From the NCBI GenBank assembly GCA_905178155.1, contig CAJINV010000016.1:1393386-1457385 (forward strand): a DNA stretch of 64,000 nt. The letters are read 5' to 3'. The translations under genes and the position numbers were made by a program. How positions within the stretch are numbered: position 1 is the first letter of the stretch; each line of letters opens with the position of its first letter. The notes beneath the pieces were generated by a model. The model made no database searches and had not been told where the DNA came from. It was given only the letters and a program-made list of their open reading frames with translations. Shown here in pieces: positions 48,201 through 61,599 of the stretch. The DNA comes from Amoebophrya sp. A120. Taxonomy: Eukaryota; Protista; Dinoflagellata.

Positions 48201-49085
48201 CTCAGCCTTTGAAGTAGCTGGTTGCGCAGCCACTCCTGACTCTCCTGCCGCTGGTTTTCCCGACAGAGCCCCCAGCGCGGAAAACGCGCCACCTTCAGTT
48301 CCGTTCACTGGCGTGCCATCCGGATTCGCAGTGTAGTCCTGATTGTCTTCGGATTCTTGCTGAAATAACTGCAGCGCCGATTTCCCAAATGTTCCTAAAA
48401 CCGACGAAGCGGAATCTAAATTTGTGTTCGCGGCGGCAGTGGTTTTCAAATTCTGCAATTTCGCGGCGACAGAGGAGGTTGCGGTCGTTGTTGCGATATC
48501 CTGTTTCGCGGATTCAATTTTATCTTTCGCAAGGCTCGCGGCGTTCGACGCAGCGCTGGACAGGGAGGAGAACAAAGCGGACGCAACACCCTGCTCCTCT
48601 TCCCGTTTCTGGACGCCAAGACGGAGAGGCCGGGTCTGGATTTGCGGAACCTGAAGTTTTTTTTGTCAGTCGTGCTGGAAGAGATGATATTAATACCGGT
48701 AAGTAGGAAAGCGAAAGTAGGACTACAACTGCAGCACCATAGTGCTTTGTATCTCAAAGGCTAGCACGAATACCAAATCCCGATCCCAGTCGGTCTCTTT
48801 CGTGACCGCCACCCCATTGACGGAAACCAACTCGCACGGTACTGGAAAGGTCGTCGGAAAATACTTCTTGCAGAGTCCCTCGTGCAGATTGATGATCCGA
48901 AAGGGGTACCCGAAGTCTTCAAATTCGACGCCCAGCGAACCGGCGTCTTTGAACGTGAAATTTTTCACTTCATCTTCCTCTTCTGGCGGCGGGCGGATCT
49001 GGGGCTGCTGTTGTTTTGTCGGACTGGGGACGGTGGCGGAGAGTGGTGGTCCCGACGAATCGGTTGGGGAGGGACCTTCGACCAT
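45202..49085 (-). CDS. Coiled-coil golgin with C-terminal GRAB domain and GA1 motif (GMAP-210/Rud3-like) and two PDZ-like domains
   Basis: PDZ-like GSLGVEF...ELVSVNGVAV...RPLRLGV and GPLGLEF...GIRLNDELTHIDGQPV...RPVQCSF; coiled coil; VDRRIV...QKLELLSKLADSLGFDIQEREQIGL; SIGRQFVEYLEKE. Five introns including one introner and one GC-AG. Confidence 0.7.
46668..46929. mobile_element. Introner, TIR family B
   Basis: tatcaaatgcaaatgtgtctgggtctggaag ... cttccagacccagacatatttggaatgcata; TSD ACCTC. Confidence 0.92.
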
Positions 49086-50031
49086 ACTTGCTTTTTCGTC
49101 GGAAGCAACTCTTTGAAATGACGCGAAAATGCTACCGAATACCAAGGCAGCTGAATCGACTTACTTTCACACTGTCGTGTGGTTCTGGTTTGGCGCAACT
49201 CATGTTGTTCGATATTCGAAGCTGTTGACACGCACAACAAGTATGAAAGAGAAGAAAACCAAAGCAATGACGAAGATGAAGATGGTGAAACATTTGGAGG
49301 AGCCTCTATCAAGTCAGTCTGCTGTGGTCAGTGTACAAGACGGGTTGCAGCTGATCACTTTTATTTAAGCACGATAAACTGATACTGAAACTGATGAAAA
49401 TTGTATCGCTCCAACAACGAGGAAGCGCAAGGAAACCAAACACACGACTTCCATGTGGCTCGGAAGGTGGCAGCTGCGATGCTGCATGAAGTCATGATTA
49501 GTCCGTCGTTTTCATTGATTTGCTAGCGCTGGCGGCCTATACCTTCAAAGAAGACAACTTTCTACTTTTGGCATATCGTTCGTCTTCGCTAATTGGAAAC
49601 GACATTTTAGTTACTTAGCTGATTGCAATGGAAGATCAAGTGAGGAGTTAACTTCATGAAGCCGCGACAACAAGGAAGCTTCTCATCGTCTTGTTCTTCG
49701 TTCTGTCATCGATTCATTATTTTTCGTTCATCTCCTCGCAACCCTGACCATACCTCTACATGCTCTGGGCTGCGTACGCAGTCGTCACTTCTCCGGAGAA
49801 GTCGTAAAAGAGCAAACGGGGAGGTGGAAAATCTTGAGCTTAGTCTTTAGGGCAGTTGCAAGTTTGTGATAAATTCGCCAAAAGAGAAGTGAGAGCTTCT
49901 TTGTCATAATTGTCATTTATTCAAAAAGAACAAGAACCCGTAGAAGAACTTCTAAAATTTTGTCGCTATTAACACAATAGGTCGCTGCACAGAGAAAATT
50001 ATTTAGCTCGTTGCTTTACTCATGACATTCT

Positions 50032-53000
50032 TCAACTCCCAGCAGTAGAGGTCAATTTCGCCACGGAGCTGTTGTAAACTTTCTTCACATTTGTAGTCGT
50101 ATTATTCCCCGCCTGCCCCGGAATCGCTGGACTTCGGTTGCTCGCCTGTCTCTTGTTGTTCTGCGCAGTCGTGGTTGTGGCGCCGAGCGCAGGGAAGTTC
50201 GCAACATACTCCTCTTTTGCTTTTGGATCCATTTCCTCATCTTCTTCCTCATCGACCGACATCGGGCTACCAATGGTTGGGTCGCCGGCTTTATTTGCCT
50301 TATTTGTCCTCTGGGTTGCTACTGGTCCGCCTGGATTTGTCGATGCGGTTGAGCTCGTAGTTGCTACTCCGCTTCTGTCACTATCCAGTTTCGCAGCACC
50401 AGGAGAGCTCTGTCTCGTGTTCATGTTCTGGGAAGTAGAATCTGTCCTCGTTCTCGCCGGGGCGTCTAAGACCTTATTCTGCAATTTCGGGACACTGGTT
50501 CTTTGTCTGGCGTTATTCCCCTGTCCTTTCTCGTTGTTCTTCCCCTGTCCCTTATTCGCAGCTGCTGGGGACGCTTCTCTTCTCCAGTTTCCTCGGTCAT
50601 TTGCACCGGTGCACGACTGCAGTAACGCGTTGAAAACCACTTTAGGACCCTCTGGCCACCCGAGGAAGCAGGCGCCGAGTTCGGTTATTTCCCCGATCAT
50701 GACGCGGGCTTTTCCCGGGGCGTACTTGTGGGCAAGGACGTCGAAGCGGAGACAAGGAGGGAATTCGGCACACTCTGCGCGGAGAGCGTAGTACAGACGG
50801 GTGATGAGTTCCTGTGGTTAGTTTGTCATGCGCCTGTTTAACAGATTGAAGCAAATTCTGTCACTTTGCACTTTTCTTTCGCAAAAAGGACTTGCACAAC
50901 TTGGCGCGCAGAATGGAACATGAAAAAAGAGATCAGAATTCAACAGCAAAACAAACTGTACCTTTGCTAATCTTTCCGCTTCTGCCAACGCGGCTTCGTC
51001 CCCGTTGAATTTCTTGACCAAGCACGTTTCCCGGTCAAACCGGTTGAAACTGGAGAAGTGATTCTCCGATTTTGATTCGTAACAGGTGTAGACAATTTTC
51101 TCGATGTTGATGCTTTTGTGGCCGGTGGGTAAAACCACAAAATGTCGCATTTCCACATCAATATCCACCCACTCCTGGACGTGGACGAATTCGGAAAGGT
51201 TTCCGGGCTGCTGGACGAGCTCCTCGAGACCTGTTGGTGTTTGTGATGCGGATTTTTGCATGCAGACGCATAGCCACTATAGTGCTGGTGCTCCTCCTCC
51301 TTGCATCGAAATCGATGAAGTACGTATATGTAATGCAAATTTGGGCTAGAGATGCGCCAGCGCACGAAGCAAAGTTGTAGTACCTGACGCTAAAGTCTTC
51401 ACGGAGTCCCAGTGGTTCACATCCATCGATTCCCAGCTGTAGCCCAACTTCGCAACTCCCTTCGCGATTTTTTCCTTCTTCTGAAAGTGGTACTCGTCCG
51501 GGAACAGGAGCGTTCTTGCGCGGTTCATGTCCTGCAACGTCTGGATCGCAGTTTGCGCAGCGTTGAGGTAGCCCTGTTATTTGTCCAACGACGAGTGAAG
51601 ATGGTGTTTTCAAAGCGAGAAGTTCTTCTTCTTTGACTTTGTATAGGGCTAGAGGCAGATGAAGATGTAATTAGAGGCGTCCTACCTTGATGTACAACGC
51701 GGCTAGACGCAAAATTTGTCTTGCAAAGCCACAACTCAAACAAATTTTACCTTCTCGACGATGAGTGACCGGCTTAATTTCGTCGTCAGAGGCGTGTTTA
51801 ATCCCGGCACCAAGCCCCACGGAGCTGTCCAGGACTTCGAAGCCAGTAATCGGTAGAAGTTGCTGTGATGCGGAAATCTCGATACAATCCCCGCGCACTC
51901 CATGCCGCTCATGCAGTTGAACAGATCGGAGTTGTTCACGTAACCACAGAACTCGTGGCCGTCTTGGAAACCTGATAGGGTGGATTGTAACTTTAGGTGG
52001 TTTGGCGTGTTGCGTAAACATGATCAAATTGACAAAACTGCATATCATATGCTTGTCATGCAGCTCCGGATCCAGAAGACATACCCAGCCTACCATAGGA
52101 ATCAAATGCAATACCGATTGGCCACAGGAAGTAAAGCCCGGCGAGGTACTGTCCGCGCATTTGCTGTTTTATCAGCGCCGGATGGATATCCCGCAACTCG
52201 TGCGTAGACTGGATAAAAGCAGACCAAATTTCGTAGTTCGGACCCCACTGCTGCATCGGAAAATCGCCGAGGAGCGTGTTGATGAAATTGTCAGACGGAT
52301 TGCTGCCGACCTGATAGGATTTTGATTTTGTCATGTGATGTACACTGCATCACATTTGATAAATCGGATCTGTCATATTACAGGAGACATCACACAAGCA
52401 CCTAAAGTATATCACTTGCCAAGTACAAATCAATCTCTATCAAGAATACCTGTCCCCAGCCGCCAATGCCTTCCGTCACGGCTTCCACTTTTCTTTTCCC
52501 GCCCCACCTGACGCAAAAGAGACTCACTTTCGGTCTCCTTTTCGACTCCGGCACATCCGCGACTCTCCTCACATACTTCGCCGGCACACTGTCGTTTCTT
52601 TTCCCGCCTTCGTTGTAAATCTGCCCCTGTCGGTTGTACCAGAAAGGGTGGGAATACTTGATTTTCACTAGATTCTGCCCCGATTTGCCTTTATCTGCTC
52701 CACCGTCTTTGCTCGACGCATCGCCGTTGTTCTGTGTTGACGCCGCCGCGACTGGTTTGCTCGGGTCCCAATCCTGCTGGACAATGGCTGGAATCCAACC
52801 GTCGGTGCGGACAATACACGGGTGGAGCATGCCCTGCGTCATACTGTCGACGGGGAAATACCCCCCGGCTTGTTTGTCCTTCGCAAACCGAAAAAAAACC
52901 TCGACGGACTCTCCCCGGGAAAACGGCGTTTTCGGTTGCTGCGGTTCACGTGTGGTTCCGGATGAAGTATTGGGAGCCGTCGGGGGTGCAGAGGCAGCCT

Positions 53001-53082
53001 TTGGGAGGGATGTTCTCGGCTGCCCAATGGGCGGGAGATCACTCTCGTCCAAGTAGTAGGCATTCTCTTGCATCATCGGCAT
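50032..53082 (-). CDS. ATP-grasp-fold-like protein, multi-exon
   Basis: Exon pieces SRFPHHSNFYRLLASKSW, GVAKLGYSWESMDV, VHVQEWVDIDVEMRHFVV, LRFDVL, MIGEITELGAC, separated by short, apparently GT-AG introns; not every junction checked. Confidence 0.6.
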
Positions 53083-53649
53083 TTTGGGATAATATGCACT
53101 GTTACTTTTTGATGCAGAATCTATTCACATCAACAGATGGATCAATGGCAATGAAAATTCTACTTTAATATGCAGGTCGTTCTTCTATTGTTTCATTCTA
53201 CTCAAATTATGGCAAGGCTACTTTTTCCAATCGAAGCCTGGTTGTTATGTTGGTGGTCCATTTGGTTGCATGATAAGCAAAAAAAAACACTGATGACGAA
53301 AAGGAAAAATCGCGCATCAGAGGACGTCTTCGTTGTATTCATTGGTTGCTTTCTATAATTCTGGGATCGACAAAATTTGGCATAACTGGAGCAACGCCTG
53401 TGGATCTATCAAATTTGTGGGTATGATCGCTCTTGAGAACAAATGCGCAAAAAAATGATCTAGATCTTTGCAAACACTTTGAACAGTAGTTTTCCAGCAT
53501 GAACAACTACAACAGTAGGACGATAATACAAAAATTAAATTTTTGTTGTAATGATCGGCCGAAAGCGGAAGCGCGAGAATTCGCCGCTCTTGTGCGGCGC
53601 CTCTATCATTTCTTTCGCTGCGTAGCTTATTTCCACTCTCGACTGAATG

Positions 53650-54875
53650 TCATGACTTTTGCGCTCCTGCTGCTGCAGGTTGATCTTTATTCGTTTCCTG
53701 CTTCAACTGCGTTTGGTTTTTGTAGAAGAGGTACATTCTGCAGATCAAGAAGAATTCAATTGTCGCGGTCAAGGGGAACGTAAACTTGTACAACAACGTG
53801 CCTTCCGCCACGCCGATCGCCAACGTTCTCGGGTCATTATCCACGATCCTAGCCAAGTACTGCACCGCTTTCGACGCTTCTGCTTTTTTGCTGAACCTCT
53901 CGGCGAGGGAGGAGTATTGGTCCATGAGCCACATCAGAGTGCCCGAAAAGTTGTTCACGTTGGGCGTGTGTTTCCGGGCAAAAGTAGTACTACGGGATGA
54001 AGTTGAGGAAGCAGAGGATCCACCACCTCCTGCTGTTGTGCCTCTCGTGGCACCTGCACTAGTAGAAGATGTTGACCCAGCATCTGTCGCCGCTCCAGCA
54101 GCCACGGATCCACCTGTTGCCGTGCTAGCCTTGGTTGATGATGCGCTCGATGCACCACCGCCAGCACCTTTCGCAGTCGCGGCTGGCCCCCCAGAGTTAC
54201 TCTTCACCCCGTTCGCCATGGCCTCTTCGTTCGCCGCTGCGCGTTTCGCGATTTGTTGTTGCAAGTGTTCCCGTCTTTGCCTCAGTCGCGATCTCGCCCG
54301 CCGGAGTCTCTCCCTCAGCTCTTCGTAGGTAGAGGATTTCTGAATCGCGGATCTTCTTTCCAAAAACCACTTCTCCCGCTCCTGCACGAAGGGGTTCATT
54401 TTCATGAACTCCGTCTGTCTTTGCCGCTGGATCCAGGTGAGCAAGGGGCGATAGCGAACGCCGAGGAAGAGAAAGGCACCGTAGGTGAGGTACCTAAGTT
54501 GATCATTCAGTATATTATGCATGCTAGACTTCTACACCCCACCGCCACCCTGGGGATTAGTGAGAACGATTCCTCATGCACTGCAGTAAGATCAAGAGCC
54601 AGGTCAGCTTCACAAAAACGAAAACCAGAGCGAGAGCAGCTGAAGAAGTATTTATACTTTGCCCCCAAAAAGAGCCCGCCAATCTTGGCCACATCTTCCC
54701 CCGTCAAGCCCTGTTTTTCCAGGCGGCTTCGGATCGCCGCTTTTCCTCGTGCGAGCAGCGAGCCCTCGGGCGGGGTGCCATCGGGTGTTGAAGCGGAGGG
54801 GATAGAGGGAGCTGTAGAGGAGCTGGAGCTTGAAGACGAGGAAGAACTGGAGGCCATATTGTTCGCTGCAGGCAT
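53650..54875 (-). CDS. Hypothetical membrane-associated protein, two exons
   Basis: GGLFLGAK joins YLTYGAFLFLGVRYRPL across a GT-AG intron (about 54494-54657); hydrophobic C-terminal LLYKFTFPLTATIEFFLI. Confidence 0.65.
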
Positions 54876-55672
54876 TAAAGAAAAGCAGCTACCTCCATGT
54901 TGGAAGCTTTGTCTAGAAAAAGAAATGCAGCTATCAGGATAGCGAGGAGTAAAGCTATTGCGCAATCTATCCAGAAGAGACGCAGGTGAGGCCCATCGCG
55001 TTTCAACAAACGACCAGTCGCAGCGGTCAAGCGGCATAATAGAAGATAGAAGTAGTTAATACACACGACGTTTGAGGACCTTTTAAGCAGCAGAAATCGT
55101 GATCTGAAAATTCACTCCTTGTGGACTTCACGGAAAAAAAAAAACACGCTGTGCTGACGTGAGAAAAAAAGACAACATCTTCATCCAGGGCATCTTCCAT
55201 CTTCACTCTCTCAACATTATGAGAATCTTTGTCATCTTTGTGTAGTGGCGGGGCATTTCTAAAGAAGAAATTTTTTCCCAGCCTGGCCGCAGTACTAGCA
55301 AGCTAGTACTCAAATTTCTTGGCAATTTCACTAAGAAGGATCCGGGGGAACAAATTTGCACCACAAGATGCTCACATGACCGACTCGAAGCTTCTGGCGC
55401 GAACACTGTACAGTCTTTCTTGCGTCAGCGAATTGCACTCCATCTTTTCGTGGCGGAGGTGGAAGTTGGGATTAGCAGAGGCAAACAGTTCTTCGAAATT
55501 GAATGCAGCGCGTCGAAGTGAGAATGTGAATGAGTGTCGTCTTCATGTTTGTATTGCAGTGGGTGCAAACAAGTTGTAAGTCGCTTCATGATCAGTAGAA
55601 GTTTAGCTTCTACTTTAGGATGCAGTCATGCGTAGTGCCAAAGATCAAAATCCTAAATGCCTGACTTCATGT

Positions 55673-58600
55673 TTATTCCTCGGAGTCAGACAATTCCTCG
55701 CTTTGTTCTTCTTGCGATGAGCCCGCGTCATCGAAAAAGTCGCCGGATTCAGAATCAGAATCCGCATGATCCGCACTCGGTCTCTTCTTTTTCTTGTCGA
55801 TACCGGCACGAGAAACTGGTACTGGCGTATCATCTGCAACACTCGTATTTGATTTCATTCGCTGCAACAAACCCAATCCACTTTCGTTTTCGACGTTCGC
55901 ATTCTGCTCGTCGAGGGCATCTTCCTCATCAACACTCGCTTCACTGTTTTTGTACCCAAGTGGCGCGTATTCGCTTCCCGCTGCACGACTGGGTTCGAAC
56001 TCCTCATGGTCGTCAGCGAATCGGTCGCTGTCGGAGGAATGTTCGGAGATCTCGTTCGCGTCTTGAACGCTGTGGTCTCCAGCAGCCTGGTCCTGCTCCG
56101 GTTTTTTTCCCTGCACTTGCTGTCGCTGTGTACTATTTTCCTGCATCAAATCCAAGCTATCACTCGTCAACTTTCTCCTTTTCGACGAGGAGGCATTCTT
56201 CTTTGCCGCACCGTCCATGGACTCAAATCCAGATCCGAGATCCCTCTGCCGCTTCTTTGCAATCGGTTTCGTTGCTCCATGCACTTGCTCTTCTGCTGCG
56301 GAAGAGCAACTGGTGGCGTGATGTTGGTTTTGCTGTTGTATTTGAGTCACGCTACCGGCCCTGCCTCTGGTCGTTGTACTAGTTTTCTTCGCTTCAGATG
56401 TATTCAAAACCGTCTTCTTCAGAACCTTCTGCGCCGCTTTTTTGATCTCCATCAACCGCGCAGCCTTTTTTCGCTCCACGTCCTCCTGGAAAATCTTTTT
56501 CTGGTTCATCTGTACTGACGCACTACACGCCGGCGCGACGGTACTATCCTGCTTCATTTCTTCTTCAGCAGCCGAAGGTGCTGCTGCACTGCAGGTGGTC
56601 GCAGCTGGAACAATCTCCTCAGCGCCTGCCTGTAATTCGGTATGATCCTGAAAAACCACAGGAGCTGCTGCAAATGCGTCGCCCTCGTCGTCGTCGTCGA
56701 CCGAAGTTTCTGCATCGACGTAGTACGTTTGGTCTCTCGCAGTTTCTGCAGCGACTGCTTCAACATCATCTTCATCGACGGGTGTTTGATGTTCCTCTTC
56801 ATCGACTTCCATTTCCGCTGCGTTTTCGTTGTCCTCCGCAGCTTCATCATCAAGAGCAGACATTTGATCTTTGGTTTCTGCTTGTTCTGCCGCGTCGCGT
56901 TCTTCTTCTTCACCATCGTCAGCGAGCACTTGGTCGCCGGCGGGGGCCTCTTTCTTGGGCTCTTCAACAACTTCTGGCTCTGCTGCCGCGTTGGCTACTT
57001 CTTTATCGTCACAGGACGAGATTTGGGCTACTTGTACTTGGTCGCTGAGCGCAACGCTCTCAAGCTGTTGCTGTTCTCCGTCTGCTTCAACTTTGTTTTC
57101 GCTTTCTTCGGGCGTCTGTGCCTTGTGTTCGAGTTGTTCGTCCTCAACTGGCATTTCCTCGCCATCTGCTTCGGCCTTGTCCTCCACCGCTTGTTCATCA
57201 TCAAGCTCTTCCTCTACCACCTCGCCATCGGCTTCCTCTGTTTCACCCTCCGCCATTTGCGCTTCTTCATCTATTTCTACCATATCGCCTTCTAGTACTT
57301 CGCCCTCCACCAGTTCATCTTCTTGGTCCTGTAGTTCCTCCTCCTCCTCAAGAATGACGTCCGGTTCCTCGTAGTCAATGTACAAAGGCTGGATCAGGGA
57401 CTTACTATGCCGTAACAAATACGGGTCAAACGGGAAGTTGTTGCTGTTCAAATTGTACGTAAACCACTGGTCATACCGCTCCGGATCGAAGGTTTTTTCA
57501 ATCACGGGCTGCAATCTCTCGACCAAATTCGCGTTCGAAACCCCGAGTGCTGGATCCAGCCCGTAATCCGCGGTTTGGACGCAGCCAAAGGTTCTGCAAA
57601 ACTCCTCTTTCACAGTTTGAAACACCCGATAGAGCGGGTAGGTGGGGGAGTCGAGAACCTTCATGAACCCGTATTTGAAAAAAAGTGCCTCCAGGTAGGT
57701 TTTCGGCTTATTCATTTCTTCGTTCGGAGCTTGGTTTTCATTTGCTCCAGCCGCAGTCGCTGAAATAGCCGATGCAGCTGACGTTGTGCGTTCAATCGTG
57801 CTACTTCCACTGCGGTTCAACATCTGCTTTGCTGGGTTGACATTTCGATTGCTGTTGTTGTCCTTTTTGCTCCTCGAAAGCGAATCCGAGGACGAAATCG
57901 GCCGGGAGAATTCTTTTTTCTTGAAGATCATGATGTAGCAGATCACCTGGACCGCTAAATGAAACAATTCACACTCTTCGTGGATCGTCTCAATCCTGTC
58001 CGTTCTGATTTCGTTCCCTTCCTTATCCCGCACGATACCCATGAGCGATTCGAACCGCTTTAAATTCGCCAGACACCACTCGATCAGGTATTTCGTGGTC
58101 TTCAGCGCATACGTCACCGAGATGAACTTCGCGCGGACTAGAATGGATCCGAGGTAGGACACGGCGATCTTCCGGGTGGGGATGGTCGCGGTAGCGGAAC
58201 GGCCGGCGTGCGGCTCGTTACCCTTTTTCTTGTTGTTGTTCCCGCTTGTAGAGGACGCCCCTCCGTCTACGCCATTGTAAAACGTCGTCAACAGCCTCCG
58301 CAGGAACTCCTCGCAGAACAGAGGATGCAGGCTGCACAGGTAGAAATAGACGAACTGCACATTTTTGGAATTTTCCAAATTCCCCCGCTCCAAAAACAGT
58401 TGCTGAAAGACGGAGAGCAAGTATCCGATTAAAGTGGCTTTGCCCGCCTGGGGTAAAAGTTTCTCCAAAGTCGTTTTCTTTGCGTTTTTGAAGTCGTTAC
58501 GATTCTTGTCGACGACACTACTTTTGATGGCTCCTTCGCCGGGCTGCGCGGAAGATGTTCTTGCGAGTTGAGCAGAGTTGGTTGAAGTAGACGAGTTATC

Positions 58601-61599
58601 TTTATCACCATCCGGCTGCACAGCTGTCTTGGTATCCAGGTAGTTCCCGAGGAATTCCAAAACGGCTAGCATGCTGACGTCTAGTTTCTGCGATTTCTCG
58701 TCGAGGTCTTCTTCGTGCTCAACCGTCGCTGCTTCTTTGATTATCCCACAGAAAAAAGCTGGCAGGGCATATTTGTAATGCAAAAATAAATACACAGAAA
58801 AATCTGTCATGGGCGGCCTCTTAGCATGCTGTTTAGGATACGCAGTACAGATTTTTTTGTGTATTTATTTTTGCAATTGCATTACAAATGTGACCTGCCA
58901 GCTTTTTTCTGTGGGATATTGATCGCCTGGTTCTCAGCAGATGAATCGGCTTCTCCATCTTGATTACCCTCGTCCTTCCCAGCTCCTGCTTCGGCTCCTG
59001 TCGATTTTATACTCCCGCCTTTATTTTCCGCCGCCTCCGCGTTCTTCTCCGCCTTGGTACTAACATCGCTATCAGCTTTCACCATTTGCTGTAGAGACAA
59101 CTTCAGCAGGTTCTGTGGCATCGATCCCTGACAGTACAATGCGAGCTGCATCAAGCTCTGCGAGTAGTACCGGTGCGCCTGCGGCGGGTGGATTTTACCG
59201 AATTTCGGGTATTTGAACCTGAGTTCGGTTAAAATCACCTCCCTCAAATTCGTTTCCGGGCGTTGCTGGAGGATGCGGCAAATGAGATTTTCGACCGACC
59301 TTCTTGTCGAGTTGTCCCGCACAGGGATATTATCCGCAGACCGGGAGTAGGAGATTTCCAAAGGCTCCTCGGCCTCGAACTGCTGCTCGTCCTCAGGATC
59401 AGGACAATCTTCACCGTCTACTTCCATTTCATCCGCCTCAACATTTTTACTCGGCTTCTCAGTTTTTGGTTTCTCCGTCACCTTCTGGAGGAAAAAACAT
59501 CTTTGGTTTGCGTGCAAGGAGTGCCACGTGATCCCGATCCGCGTGTACGCGTTGATGTCCGCTTCGTGCGGTTTCCCGTGGTCCAAATGGTTACTGTTGG
59601 TCGAAAGATTGACGTGGACGCGAGAAACCTTATGGGTCATTTCTTGCTGCGAGCCACTTCTGGTGCGCGGTTTGTTCTTCAGATCGTTTTCTTGCTTCGC
59701 AACTTGCTGATTTTGATTTCCACCAGCAGCAGCAGCAGACTCGGCTTTATTCTGTTTCGCCGCCTCGCTGCCAGTTCTACCCACAGCACCATCTCCGTCA
59801 ACTTCCACGTTGTAAAACTGCGGGTGGTAGCTGAACACCGCCTTCATGAAGAGGTAATCTTCTTCGTCCAAATACTCCCCCGGCTCGTACTTGTCGCTGA
59901 ACAGCAAATCGCGGCAGTGCTTCTTCAACTCCTTCCCGCTGGTGAACGCGTGCGAAGCTGGCTTTTTGCTTTTAGTTTTACTACTTTCACCACTGGCAAC
60001 ATGATCTAGATCTTGCGCCGGTAAGAGTTCGATTACAATTTTCTGTCCGATCCCCTTGGAGTGCTGCACCATCTCCCGGTAATCCAGGGCGTTTACCAAC
60101 GATTTTAAAACGTCTTCCGCAATCGAAATGTCGCTGGAAACCAACAGCTGCAGAAACTGGCCGTAGTAGTGGTAGACCTGCTTCCAGTGGGATTTTTCTG
60201 CGTAACTCGCTTGCTGCTGCTTCTGGATGACCGTTTGGAGTAAGGTTAGTTCCGCACTTTGCTGTTCCTCTAATTCGACGGTAGATGAAGTTTTATCTGC
60301 TGTTCTTGCGCAATTTTTGTCCGACATTTTTTTCTCCTCCTTCAGTAACTTCTTCAACACCTGGTCGATTTGCTGCTTCTGCCTTTTTTCGCAATCCTTT
60401 TCGTCTAAATGGTCGTCGCCGATGTACTTGAACCACTTGAACCGCAAGGTTTTCGTCACCTGCTCCGCCTGCAACCACAGATCCAACCTCGGCTCCGTTT
60501 GGGTCAAAGCTCTGTACCAAGTCGCCGTCGAGGGGTGCCAGGGACGCACGGCGAAAAACAGGAAGCAGTAGTCGAAGCGCGCGATGATGCTGGACTCCTC
60601 GGGGGTGAGGTCTTGACTCTGTTTGTCTTTATCGGCGGAATTTGAAGTGCTGTTTGTTGTTGTTCCATTCGCCTGCTTCTGCAGCGCTCTTGGCGGGTTC
60701 GTGGTGTCGTCGTGGTCTGCGTCGAAAGTAGAGCCAGGTTTTTCATCGTGGTCTCCGTCGCCGTCATCATTCTGTTGCGACCCATTGTTGTCCAAAGCCG
60801 CCCCATCGGCCCTTTTCCCGGTTTTCGCCATCACTTTCGCCATCATTTCCCACAGTCTGGAACTCCGGTCTTTCTTCTCGAACATCCGGATATCCTCCTC
60901 GTGTTTCTCCTTCGCTACATCGGTTTTTCCGAACTGCATTTTGAACTCTTTCAACAACAATTTCTTCCTTTTCTCCAGTTTCTGCTCGTAGATTTTTTTT
61001 TCTTCTCTTCTCTTCGCATGGAGTTTTTGTTCCTTCTTCCGGATTCTCATCTCAATCCGGACCGCCCGACGGACCAATTCGGTCAGCCACGGCTTGTTCG
61101 CGAGGAGGGTGTCGTCATTCGTGTCGATTGACCAATTCGGGTAGGAGGAGACGTAGGGTTCTTCTTCTTCTTCGTCCTCCTCCTCTTGAGCTGCGTCTTG
61201 TTCCGCAATTATGTCATCGTCAGCAATAGATGCATCGTCACTTTTTGGGGAAGCAGCAGTTGTGGGGGTGGTGGTCGTCGTAGTCTCCGAAGCTTTGCTT
61301 TTCGAAGTAGTTGGCTCTGGTACTGCAGATTTTGCTGGAGCAGCCTTTATTACTGTGGCCGGCTGCGTAGAAGTTTGCTTTTGCTTTTTCATTTCGTCCT
61401 CTTTCTCAGGAGCAAGGCCTTTCTTCTTCTGCACACGTGGCGGTTGGGGCTGCGTGCTTGCGTTTTTACCAGCACCTTTTGGTGGTATCGTTTTCTTGAC
61501 AGTGGTACTTGGGGCGCTCTTTGGTTTTGGTCTCTTGATGTCAGCAACGGAGGCGCCCGCGGCTCCGCGCTGCGTTGGCATAATCATTTTCTTTCGCAT
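55673..61599 (-). CDS. RRN3: RNA polymerase I initiation factor RRN3/TIF-IA-like, about 1914 aa, with an inserted DeCL/DUF3223-like domain
   Basis: KLDVSM, SKNVQFVYFYLCS, AVSYLGSILVRAKFIS, LFHLAVQVICYIMIFK, NFPFDPYLLRHSKSLIQPLYIDY; two ORFs join in frame (5745 nt) across introner 58742-58918. Confidence 0.85.
58742..58918. mobile_element. Introner, TIR family H
   Basis: TIR of about 40 bp tatcccacagaaaaaagctggcagg...tttgtaatgca / tgcattacaaa...cctgccagcttttttctgtgggata; TSD TTGAT. Confidence 0.93.
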
